IMG/VR virus record: IMGVR_UViG_3300045988_155520
Span: 96,001 to 160,000 of that record
Reading direction: 5' to 3' (one strand)
DNA from: a virus
Length of the DNA: 64,000 nucleotides
In this document: positions 45,949 through 55,043 of the stretch, one piece after another
Numbering within the stretch: position 1 is the stretch's first letter
How the letters are laid out: each line of letters starts with the position of its first letter
Made by a program: the position numbers and the translations under genes
The notes under the pieces: generated by a model
What the model saw: only the letters and a program-made list of their open reading frames with translations
Database searches by the model: none
What the model was told of the DNA's origin: nothing

Positions 45949-48714
45949 ATGGTAGAAGCACTTAATAATACCAATTTAAGTTATAAGAAAAAGAAATTAA
46001 GCGATAAGGTAAAGACATCTATTGCTACTGCTAAAGGAGTCGTTGGTACAATCAAAAAAACCACCGATAGCCTTGGTATTTCTATGAACGCTAATAGCTC
46101 AAATGGTAAAACTGAATTAAGTGTAAAAAATGATAATGCCATACAATTATTAATCGAATTGTTAACTTTAGTAGGTGTTTCAAAGGAAGACATGATTGAC
46201 TTCTTAACCAAATACCTTACCTACTTAATGCCTGCATTGGAAGTTGGTGTTAAAACATTATTACTAACTAACCTGAAAGGCATGATTTCCTGCTCGTATG
46301 ACCCTCGAATACCTGAGAACCTTAGAAAGTATAACCCACGAGGAGAAAACGCAACAGAAACGAATAGAAGAGGTATAGATATAGGTGTAGAGTCTATTGA
46401 CCTAATAGGTAAACTCTCTAAATCTCCATTCGGTGATGGTAAAAATCTATATTTTGGTATCAACCCAGAAGCAACTACTAATGCTTATCAATTAGCAAGA
46501 GCTAATGACTTTGATGCCTTTCTATGGTTTGTAATACATAAGGCTAAATTTCCAAGTCCTTCAATTGTTAACGATGAAAAACTTGATACTTGGATTAAAA
46601 GTAGATATAAAGAAAATCTTAGATTAAATAATACTGTAGACCCTATTAAAATAGGTTATAGAGATACTAAGAATAATATTAACAGTGGTGTTACATCTTT
46701 ATTCCAAGACATTGTTATAGATTACCCAGAGCCTTTATCGGTTACTGGGCAAACTACATGTATTATGCCTGGCAATACTTTCGTTCAAAAGAAAGATGGG
46801 AAATATGGAAGTGTCATAAGTTTATGTGTTACCGCAGAAGAATCTGTAAAGTATACATCCGATGTTAACAATATCACAAGTACAAATCCAGAAGAAAGTC
46901 AGAAAATAGCAACTAAATATATTTCAAGAAGTGAAATAGTTCCAGTATCAGATGATTGGACAAGTGCTAATTGGTATGTTAATCCAAAGAGATATTTTTA
47001 TCAGAATTTAGGAATAGATGCTTTCTCAGGAAAGAAAAAATTGACTGACAGTAGAAACTACGCACAGGAAAAACCAATATGTAATTTACAGTTCTTTAAC
47101 CAATCTTCAAGTGTTGGACAAATCAATGGTATTGTAGATAATCAAATACGATTAACAATACTTCCACGTCCTCTTTTACATGTTCCTGAAAAAGGAGAAC
47201 CTATTTGGAGATTCCAACGTATTTTATTTAACGAAAAAGGAGAACCAGATAAAGATGGTAAATACTCTATCCACCCTGGAAAATTTGAAAAAATCAGAAA
47301 AGAAGTTACAGAAACAACAAAGATAAAAACAGCTGAAAAATATGAAAAAATAACTAACGGTTTAAGAACAAGTAGTCCAGTAGTTGCTTATAATTGGATA
47401 GAAGTTACCAATGGTAATCCATATCCAACTACTGTAGAAATATTTTCAGTGGAAAATAATAAAGATGAAACACTTGTAAAAAAAGTCAATATTAAAGCGT
47501 TTCATAACAAATATTACAAATTAGATAAAGATAATAAATATAATATTTATTTCGTCATAAGTCCGTCACCTGTAAACGGAGATAAGAAAAATACTGTACC
47601 GCCTAATCTTTCAGACGGTAAACTTTTCATTAAAACTATTAAGAGTGATTCTGTCAAAAAGAATAGTACAGTAGAATATTGTTTAGATAGAAATCCTCAA
47701 AAGATAGGTATAAGTATCAATAAGTCCACAGGTGCATATGAAGTTATAAATACTAAAAATCCTACCCAAGATATTCTTCCTTACTTACAGGAAGTTTATA
47801 AAGGTTTAACAATCTATGAGTTTAACTACGATTGGGTTATGGGTATGAAACTTTTCGATGCAAAAAATATAATAACAAATCTTTTAGAAAGTACGTTAGG
47901 TGCTAAATTTGGTGGGTCTGTTAAATTATCTTTTGAGAAAAAAATAGAACTTGAAAAAATTACTCAGGTAGTTAAAGAAATAATAGAATCTGACGATACA
48001 GAGTTAAAGGATTGTTATTTCTCTTTTTCTAATGACACATACGATGCTATGTTACGACGTTCAGAAGAAGCGTATCACAATCATGCATCATTTAGAGATA
48101 ATCAAATAAAGTATGGTGACTTTACTGAAGTAAAAGAACTTATTGATAAGTTCGATAATAATGCAACACTTCACGAACAAAGAGAATTACTTAAACGTAT
48201 TATAACTAAAGCATCAGTAACTATATCAGAGCCAGCAAAACCTGTAAATAGACCAAAACTTGAATTTAATTTCGTTAACAATTTAATTGAAAACTTAATA
48301 ACAAGTCTTGTAAATGCACTCTTAACACCAAAGGTATTAATGGTAATCATGGTGAATAAGAAGATAATGGGAAGTGATATAGGATTAATATCTTTCCAAG
48401 ATATAATCAAATCAATGCGCTCGTTAATAGTTGCTATTGTCAAGGAAGTAAAAGACGCTATATTACAAGAATTATTGAGATTACTATTAGATAAACTATC
48501 TCCTATCGTTAAATTAATGGGGGATATGTTATTGCAAGAAACTCTTGGTTATTATAGAGATTTAATGCTGCAAATAATGAAAGAATGTAGTTTCAGTCTA
48601 AATCTACCTTGGTTTAAAAACCATTTTGAAAATACTTCTACTGGAAACGTCGATTACGCAGATATTGATAAGAGTGAAACTATAAATGACCAACCCACAA
48701 CTAACAATTGTTAA
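45949..48714 (+). CDS. large tail/baseplate-associated protein (tape-measure or hub candidate)
   Basis: 921 aa with helical/hydrophobic N- and C-terminal segments, located upstream of the gp5-like gene. Confidence 0.5.
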   Translation: MVEALNNTNLSYKKKKLSDKVKTSIATAKGVVGTIKKTTDSLGISMNANSSNGKTELSVKNDNAIQLLIELLTLVGVSKEDMIDFLTKYLTYLMPALEVGVKTLLLTNLKGMISCSYDPRIPENLRKYNPRGENATETNRRGIDIGVESIDLIGKLSKSPFGDGKNLYFGINPEATTNAYQLARANDFDAFLWFVIHKAKFPSPSIVNDEKLDTWIKSRYKENLRLNNTVDPIKIGYRDTKNNINSGVTSLFQDIVIDYPEPLSVTGQTTCIMPGNTFVQKKDGKYGSVISLCVTAEESVKYTSDVNNITSTNPEESQKIATKYISRSEIVPVSDDWTSANWYVNPKRYFYQNLGIDAFSGKKKLTDSRNYAQEKPICNLQFFNQSSSVGQINGIVDNQIRLTILPRPLLHVPEKGEPIWRFQRILFNEKGEPDKDGKYSIHPGKFEKIRKEVTETTKIKTAEKYEKITNGLRTSSPVVAYNWIEVTNGNPYPTTVEIFSVENNKDETLVKKVNIKAFHNKYYKLDKDNKYNIYFVISPSPVNGDKKNTVPPNLSDGKLFIKTIKSDSVKKNSTVEYCLDRNPQKIGISINKSTGAYEVINTKNPTQDILPYLQEVYKGLTIYEFNYDWVMGMKLFDAKNIITNLLESTLGAKFGGSVKLSFEKKIELEKITQVVKEIIESDDTELKDCYFSFSNDTYDAMLRRSEEAYHNHASFRDNQIKYGDFTEVKELIDKFDNNATLHEQRELLKRIITKASVTISEPAKPVNRPKLEFNFVNNLIENLITSLVNALLTPKVLMVIMVNKKIMGSDIGLISFQDIIKSMRSLIVAIVKEVKDAILQELLRLLLDKLSPIVKLMGDMLLQETLGYYRDLMLQIMKECSFSLNLPWFKNHFENTSTGNVDYADIDKSETINDQPTTNNC

Positions 48715-48724
48715 ATAAAGAAAT

Positions 48725-49117
48725 ATGGGAATCGAACAAATATGTAATACTATAAAAGGTTTCTTTGAAAGAATTAGAAAACCTGCACCTGAAATATCAA
48801 ATATTCTAATAGTATGTGCTATCGCAAAAAGAAAAGGACTATCTGTAATAAACTCAACAGCAAATGTTGTCGAAGACTTAAATAAAATGGGTATACCAAT
48901 TGGTGATATGCCAGACGGTAGCCCAAATTTAACTATAGGCGTTGAATATGCACGATGGAAAGAAATAGTTAGAACTTTCCATGAAGATGCAAAAATACAA
49001 ACATCAAGTATACCAGGTGGAGTTAGCTTCACAGGTACTGGTGCTAATGCTGGTGGTCCTGTAGTAGTAGAAGGAGTAAATACCAATGCAAGCCCTGGGT
49101 ATGGATTAATATCTTAA
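48725..49117 (+). CDS. hypothetical baseplate-module protein
   Basis: 130-aa ORF. Confidence 0.5.
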   Translation: MGIEQICNTIKGFFERIRKPAPEISNILIVCAIAKRKGLSVINSTANVVEDLNKMGIPIGDMPDGSPNLTIGVEYARWKEIVRTFHEDAKIQTSSIPGGVSFTGTGANAGGPVVVEGVNTNASPGYGLIS

Positions 49118-49130
49118 AAACTGAATGTTT

Positions 49131-49301
49131 ATGAAATTATCTAACGAAGAAATAAAATTGAAAATTAAATCACTTGAAAACGAATATGAAATTAAAAAAG
49201 CAAAAGTGATAAAATTAATAAATGAATTGTCTGAACTGGATGAAGAATATATTAAATTGACTGAAGAATTAAATAAAGGACGCAAAGAATTTATAGAATG
49301 A
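49131..49301 (+). CDS. 56-aa coiled-coil ORF below the track cutoff
   Basis: MKLSNEEIKLKIKSLENEYEIKKAK... Its stop overlaps the next start (ATGA at 49298-49301). Confidence 0.4.
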   Translation: MKLSNEEIKLKIKSLENEYEIKKAKVIKLINELSELDEEYIKLTEELNKGRKEFIE

Positions 49302-50227
49302 ATACAACAATGTTTCTTTTAGGTAAAGTTGAGGAAGTTGAAGATAGGACCACTCCTAATGGTGCTGATGGACTACGTGTAAAAGCACGTACCACTTCTG
49401 ATAATACGCTTGGTATCGTTCCATGGGCATTTCCTTTACTTCCAAAAGTTTTTCAGTCAGTTCCAAAAGTAGGGGAATATGTATTAATTTTTCTTACTGA
49501 AATAGGTAATACGGGTAGTCAGAGATATTATATTGGTCCAATTATCTCTCAACCACAGGATTTTGAATTAAGCAATACTAAAGCTAAAGCGTTAAGTTTA
49601 ACTCAAGAGAACATAAGTAAGCCTTTAAAGAAAATAACTAATGATAATTACACTAAAGGTTCTTTCCCTGAACCTAATGATGTTGCCGTAGTAGGACGTG
49701 GACAAGAAGATATAGTATTAAAATTTGATAAAGATACAGAAACAAGTGAAGTTGATTTACGTGCTGGTATAAGACAAAAACCAGTTAATGATGATGACCC
49801 TTCTAAGTTTGGCAATATTATATTTAACTCAGTTGACCCAACGTATATACAATTAAAATATAAAAAGAACCTTGTTAGTGGATATGATACAAAAACAGGT
49901 ATACCTCAACATGCTAATAGTATCGTCAATGTAGTTGCTGATAAAATTAATTTGGTAAGTAACAAAGATAATGATGCAAGCATATATATCCATGATAATG
50001 AGAAATTAATAGAAGATAAGAATCTTTCAAATCTTATGTCTTCATTACACCCAGCTGTGAAAGGTGATAAACTAATGGAGTTATTAGAAATTATGCGTGA
50101 ATCTATTTTACGTCATGTTCATCCTTGGGCTGGTATGGAACAGTGTGGTGACTGGGCTGGTGCAATAAATAAGTTGAAAGATTATTCTATCAATGAAATC
50201 ATTTCTCAAGATATTCGTATTTCATAA
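49298..50227 (+). CDS. baseplate hub/central spike protein with gp5/gpV-type N-terminal OB fold
   Basis: LGKVEEVEDRT..GLRVKARTT..VPWAFPLLPKVFQSVPKVGEYVLIFLTE..QRYYIGPI matches the remembered Phage_base_V/gp5 OB pattern. Confidence 0.5.
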   Translation: MNTTMFLLGKVEEVEDRTTPNGADGLRVKARTTSDNTLGIVPWAFPLLPKVFQSVPKVGEYVLIFLTEIGNTGSQRYYIGPIISQPQDFELSNTKAKALSLTQENISKPLKKITNDNYTKGSFPEPNDVAVVGRGQEDIVLKFDKDTETSEVDLRAGIRQKPVNDDDPSKFGNIIFNSVDPTYIQLKYKKNLVSGYDTKTGIPQHANSIVNVVADKINLVSNKDNDASIYIHDNEKLIEDKNLSNLMSSLHPAVKGDKLMELLEIMRESILRHVHPWAGMEQCGDWAGAINKLKDYSINEIISQDIRIS

Positions 50228-50256
50228 ACTATTTATATATTAAACCCTTAAAAACA

Positions 50257-51765
50257 ATGTTAGAACGTACATATTTATCAAAATTCAATACCATAATTAA
50301 AGGTAAAAAATTCAACACTGGTCTTAATCCTATTGCAGAATTATGCTACGGATTAAGTACAACACGTATTTTATGTTACTTCGACATTGATAAAATTTCT
50401 CATCTTATTAAAGATGGAATTATGCCAGATAGAAGTAAAATGAAACATACCTTGCGTATTACTAATGCAGGGTCTATTGATTTTACACAACTTCATAACA
50501 AAGAAACAAGTACTATTCACGACTGTAATAGACATCGTGCAACGTCTTTTGATGTTATATTTTTCTTAATTCCAAAAAGATGGGATAGAGGTAAAGGATT
50601 TGATTATTCAACAAGTTCATTTAATATTGATTTCTATAGCGGAAAACAAACTGACCCTGATAGATTAATATCAACAGATGGTTGTAATTGGTATCAAGCG
50701 AGAAATGGTGTTAAATGGGATGAAGAGGGTGTATATAGTAACGAAACACTTTCAAAAGAATATGATAAATATGGAACAATTGCTGGTAGTAGTATCATAA
50801 TCGGAAGACAACACTTTGATATTGGAAATGAGAATATTTCACTCGATGTGACAAATATAATAAATCAAATGATAGACGGTGAAATAGATAATAACGGTAT
50901 CGGTATAGCATTTTCACCACAACTTGAAAGAACAGGAGAAAATACTGGTTTTGCTAAATCTACTACTGAAGAATATGTAGGATTTTTAACTGACAAAACT
51001 AATACGTTCTTCGAGCCATTTATAGAAACAGTATACAATGACTATATTTCTGATGATAGGTCTAATTTTGTTTTAAATAAAGATAATAAATTATATCTTT
51101 ATTGTTCTATGGGTGGTACATTAACTAACTTGGATAAAAAACCAACCGTAACAATAAAAGACGGAAATGAGGAAGTTATAACAGATAAGTCTGGTAAACT
51201 ATGTGAGAATATAGAAAGTAAACAATATAGTAATGGAGTTTATTATATTGAACTTAATTTACCAAAAGCAAAATACGAAGCAGATACCATGTTTTATGAT
51301 ACATGGAATAATATCGTATATAAAGGAACTGAGTTTGATGCGGTTGAACTTGATTTTACTACAAAAAATCCACGTTCATTCTTTAATATTGGTTCCAGTA
51401 TAACAGAATCACAAAATTTTACACCTTCTCTTAGCGGTATAAAAGCTAATGAAAAAATTAAAAGAGGCGATGTAAGAAAATTAGTAATCGTAGCTAAAGT
51501 TGATTATAAGAAAGCTGACACAGCATTAATTGATGGAATGCAATGGCGCTTATATACTAAAGACGGTGAAAGAGAGCTTGATATAATACCATTTGAAAAT
51601 GTCAATAAAACAAATACCGAAAATTATGTATTAGTAAATACTAATATGTTGATTCCTCAAAATTATTATGTAGACATCAAAGTTAATTACGGTATGCAAA
51701 CAATTATTCATCACGATTCATTACATTTCAAAATTGTTGATGATTTAAATAACAAGTATATATAA
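50257..51765 (+). CDS. baseplate-module protein, function unassigned
   Basis: 502-aa ORF after the spike gene. Confidence 0.55.
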   Translation: MLERTYLSKFNTIIKGKKFNTGLNPIAELCYGLSTTRILCYFDIDKISHLIKDGIMPDRSKMKHTLRITNAGSIDFTQLHNKETSTIHDCNRHRATSFDVIFFLIPKRWDRGKGFDYSTSSFNIDFYSGKQTDPDRLISTDGCNWYQARNGVKWDEEGVYSNETLSKEYDKYGTIAGSSIIIGRQHFDIGNENISLDVTNIINQMIDGEIDNNGIGIAFSPQLERTGENTGFAKSTTEEYVGFLTDKTNTFFEPFIETVYNDYISDDRSNFVLNKDNKLYLYCSMGGTLTNLDKKPTVTIKDGNEEVITDKSGKLCENIESKQYSNGVYYIELNLPKAKYEADTMFYDTWNNIVYKGTEFDAVELDFTTKNPRSFFNIGSSITESQNFTPSLSGIKANEKIKRGDVRKLVIVAKVDYKKADTALIDGMQWRLYTKDGERELDIIPFENVNKTNTENYVLVNTNMLIPQNYYVDIKVNYGMQTIIHHDSLHFKIVDDLNNKYI

Positions 51766-51834
51766 TGTTATCATATCAATTGTTGAAAGATAAAAAGCGA
51801 ATTAAAAATTATTTAATATCAGGGTCATAAAAAA

Positions 51835-51865
51835 TAACAGCATATATTTTTAATATGCTGTTATT
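51835..51865. terminator. bidirectional hairpin between convergent genes
   Basis: ATAACAGCATAT-7 nt-ATATGCTGTTAT flanked by A and T runs. Confidence 0.7.
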
Positions 51866-51873
51866 TTTTTTAT

Positions 51874-52185
51874 TTAATTAAAAATCATTTTCACAAATAA
51901 GATTATAATAATCATTTCTATAGCACCATACATAGTCCATAATGCATCCTTTTTATCTGGTATATTTCCTTTAAAGTATCTTGGGTCAAACCAATACTCT
52001 TTACCAAAGGCAAAAAAAGCCGTTATAAGCGTTGATATTGTTAAAGATGAGTAAACACCCACTCCTAATACTAATAATGCAACACAAGCTAAAAAAAACA
52101 CTAAAGAACCTACTTCTTTATGTATTAACTTATCTTTCTCTACATTATTTACTATCCAAGTGAAAAGTTTCGCTAATTTTTTCAT
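51874..52185 (-). CDS. membrane protein with about 3 TM segments (holin candidate, weak)
   Basis: 103 aa with three hydrophobic stretches; no lysin seen nearby. Confidence 0.4.
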   Translation of the reverse strand: MKKLAKLFTWIVNNVEKDKLIHKEVGSLVFFLACVALLVLGVGVYSSLTISTLITAFFAFGKEYWFDPRYFKGNIPDKKDALWTMYGAIEMIIIILFVKMIFN

Positions 52186-52187
52186 TA

Positions 52188-52499
52188 TTATTCCTTTCCT
52201 ACTATTTTCTTAAGTGCTTCATCAAGACCTGCTAATTTATCTTCTAAAGCCTTAACTCTTTTAGCTAAAGCACTTTCATCAGCTACCAATGAATCAGCAT
52301 ATTTAATCATTTGGACTGTAGATGAAAATGAAACTACTTTATCAGCACTGTTTTTTATAGTTAATGTTTCATATCCGTCAGCATAGTTAACAGCAATCTC
52401 TCCATAATCCAGTACTGAAGAATCTGGCAGTTTTGGCGTAACTACTCCACCAGCAGCCGTGTTCGTATCTTTTGATTTTAAATGAAGAATCTTTCCCAT
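52188..52499 (-). CDS. small fibre-associated protein
   Basis: 103 aa. N-terminus ILHLKS..LDYGEIAVNYAD resembles the fibre N-terminal motif. C-terminal coiled coil. Confidence 0.5.
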   Translation of the reverse strand: MGKILHLKSKDTNTAAGGVVTPKLPDSSVLDYGEIAVNYADGYETLTIKNSADKVVSFSSTVQMIKYADSLVADESALAKRVKALEDKLAGLDEALKKIVGKE

Positions 52500-52506
52500 A
52501 ATCGTT

Positions 52507-52514
52507 TATTTATA
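52507..52514 (-). promoter_or_regulatory. TATAAATA octamer on the minus strand, 7 nt upstream of the ATG at 52499
   Basis: Plus strand reads TATTTATA. Confidence 0.35.
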
Positions 52515-52586
52515 TATTCAATCTTTTTATAAAAAATAATGTTCTGTTATATGTTATAAATATTTGTTTAAACGTTATTTAAACAA

Positions 52587-52618
52587 AAGAGGTGCACTTT
52601 ATAGGAAGCACACCTCTT
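52587..52618 (-). terminator. hairpin after fibre gene 52635-54440
   Basis: AAGAGGTG-16 nt-CACCTCTT, followed by a T-rich tail on the minus strand. Confidence 0.5.
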
Positions 52619-52634
52619 GAAAAATAATTAGTTT

Positions 52635-54440
52635 TTAATAAGTACCTCCATCAACACTCTTTAATATAAGTGTGCCATCAGCAGCAAAACCAAAGTTAGC
52701 TATGTTCTCCTCTGTTACTACATCAGCTGCTTTAACAGAAACCTTAGAAGGGTCGTCAGTAGCAACCTTGATACCATCTCCAGCCTTTACAGAAGAACTC
52801 TTGCTGTCTATTGTTGCGTAAAGTTTAGCAATAGCAGCATTGATAGTATCACCCTCAGCAGGTTCAGCAGCGGTTGCTGTTGCGTAGTTCTTCAATGTAA
52901 TAGTACTACCATCTATAACTAACTTAGCGGTAGAAATCTTATCAGAATTTTTAGTCACAGATACTTCTGAATCATTCAAAAGAATCTTATCAAGTTTAGT
53001 ATCTTTTAAATCATTCAAAGAAGCAGCAACTACTTCCTCATTCTTCATGATTTCTTCCTCTATATTTTTAACAGCCTGAGTTACAGTACTATTTTCGGTT
53101 ATACCAGTGAAACCCTTTGTATCGGCTGTAAAGCCTTTTAATTTAACATTATCACCAGCAACATTATCAGATACTGTAAATACTTTACCGCCATCAGTAC
53201 CAGCACTTTCTACTACAGATACGTGTTGATTAGTATCAGCAGAAACAGTTACGGCTGCATTTTTCTTAGCATTTTCAATAGCAGTCTTAACACCTGTTAA
53301 CTTAATACCATTCTCATCTACAGTAAGATATTCTTCTGAATCAGTAGCTAATTTAACAGAAACTTCTCCAGCCAGACTTACCTGAAGACCAGATTTAAAC
53401 TCTGACTGAGCTAAAAGGGTTGAACAATCAACATATACTGTTTGGTCAACACCGTTTACATCAACATAAACATATTTTAAGAATTGACCAGCTGTGTGTG
53501 CTTCATTTTCAGCAACAAGTTCAAGAGATTTTAAAGAACTGTCTTTGTAAATTTTAATATGTTGACCTTCTGCAAGGTCTACACCGTCTTTACCTACGAT
53601 TGTGTACTCCTCTTTAACGGATGTATCTGTTGGAGTTACAGTTGAGAAAGTTACATAAGCATATAAAGCATTATTTTTATCCTTAGCAAGAATCTTATCG
53701 TCCGCATTAATACTAACGCTTGCCTTAGCAGCATTATTCTCAATTTTAGACAAAGCCTGGGCAATGGTATCATCTTCTGATATTGCACCCTCTTCTGTAC
53801 CTTTAGCAAAACCTTTCAGTTTCACATCTTTAACAGGGGTTTTTACAGCAGCTACTTTACCATTTTCCTGTGCTACAGAAGTAATAATAGAACCTTCTTC
53901 AGCTACAGCAGCAAGTGTCATACCTGTAGTTGCATCTTTAATTTTCTTGTCAACTGAACCAGCAGTAGAATCATCACCATTTAAAGTTGCAAGTTCATCT
54001 TCTAACTCTTTCACAGTCTTAGTAGCTGCGCCTTTTAATTCTGAAACTGCATTATCAGCATATTTTTTAGCACCTAATACAGACTCACTATCCTTGGTGT
54101 CATTAGCGGTATCACCTTTAAGTGCAGCTATAGCTTTTGCTACAGTATCAGTTGCTGAAAAACCGTCACCTAATTTAGCTTTCAATTCATTCAGTGCCAA
54201 ATCAGTTACAGAACCTGCAGAACCGTCTGTTAAAAGTGTATAAGAAGATTTTTCATCAGTTGTGTGGAAAAGTGCCAGAAGTGTTTTCACTTCTGCACCT
54301 TCTTTATATCGTCCAAGAACAGGAACACCGTCCTTGACACTCTTGTTAGTTGCAAATTCATCCAATTTAGCGATAGCTTCCTCTCTTGTATTAGAGGGTA
54401 TTAAGTTTCTGAATAACTGAATATGTTTATTTAAAGTCAT
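52635..54440 (-). CDS. tail fibre protein with Mtd_N-like N-terminus
   Basis: 601 aa, A/T/V/K-rich. N-terminus HIQLFRN..TREEAIAKL..GVPVLGRY. Ends in DGGTY. Confidence 0.6.
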   Translation of the reverse strand: MTLNKHIQLFRNLIPSNTREEAIAKLDEFATNKSVKDGVPVLGRYKEGAEVKTLLALFHTTDEKSSYTLLTDGSAGSVTDLALNELKAKLGDGFSATDTVAKAIAALKGDTANDTKDSESVLGAKKYADNAVSELKGAATKTVKELEDELATLNGDDSTAGSVDKKIKDATTGMTLAAVAEEGSIITSVAQENGKVAAVKTPVKDVKLKGFAKGTEEGAISEDDTIAQALSKIENNAAKASVSINADDKILAKDKNNALYAYVTFSTVTPTDTSVKEEYTIVGKDGVDLAEGQHIKIYKDSSLKSLELVAENEAHTAGQFLKYVYVDVNGVDQTVYVDCSTLLAQSEFKSGLQVSLAGEVSVKLATDSEEYLTVDENGIKLTGVKTAIENAKKNAAVTVSADTNQHVSVVESAGTDGGKVFTVSDNVAGDNVKLKGFTADTKGFTGITENSTVTQAVKNIEEEIMKNEEVVAASLNDLKDTKLDKILLNDSEVSVTKNSDKISTAKLVIDGSTITLKNYATATAAEPAEGDTINAAIAKLYATIDSKSSSVKAGDGIKVATDDPSKVSVKAADVVTEENIANFGFAADGTLILKSVDGGTY

Positions 54441-54468
54441 ATAATTATAATAAATTATTTATTTGTTA

Positions 54469-55032
54469 TTAATAAGTGTCTTTTTCAGGTTTACCCTCGA
54501 TATCCAAAGTATCTTTTAAATCATCTACAATGTTTTTTAAAGATTGAATATCACTATTAAGTTCCTGAACTTTAGCATCATAAACCGATTTCTGAACAAC
54601 ATCACCGATAATATCTTGTACATCAACCTCTAAATTACTTCCGCCTGTAACAACGAATGTTATTTTCTTCGTTATAGGATTATAGGAAGCTGATTGTATA
54701 ACATTATTTGTAGGTATATCAATATTTCCTATTTCATTTTCGCCTTGTTTTACAACATAGCGTTTAGATACACCAGTAGGTGCAACTCCATCTAATAAAG
54801 AGATAGTAGAAGCGGTATTTGCACTTAAAGCTGCAATAGCTGCATCTTGTTCCTTATTCTTATTCTCTAATGATTGTTCTTTATTATCTTGTTCAGTATT
54901 TTTATATTTAATACTGTTTATGTCTGCGGTGTAATCTTTATTTTCCGTGTAAGAGCCGATACTTAGTCCTTTAAATTCGTCCTGTTCTCGATAATCGTAT
55001 GCTATTAACGGATTAATTTTTCTTTTAGCCAT
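54469..55032 (-). CDS. fibre-associated protein
   Basis: 187-aa ORF in the fibre operon. Confidence 0.5.
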   Translation of the reverse strand: MAKRKINPLIAYDYREQDEFKGLSIGSYTENKDYTADINSIKYKNTEQDNKEQSLENKNKEQDAAIAALSANTASTISLLDGVAPTGVSKRYVVKQGENEIGNIDIPTNNVIQSASYNPITKKITFVVTGGSNLEVDVQDIIGDVVQKSVYDAKVQELNSDIQSLKNIVDDLKDTLDIEGKPEKDTY

Positions 55033-55043
55033 ATATTAAATAT

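Noticed and set aside
51874-52185. Holin-endolysin lysis cassette
   Set aside because: The gene encodes a three-TM small protein, but no lysin-like gene (muramidase, amidase or peptidase motifs) lies adjacent in the window. It is kept only as a weak holin candidate.
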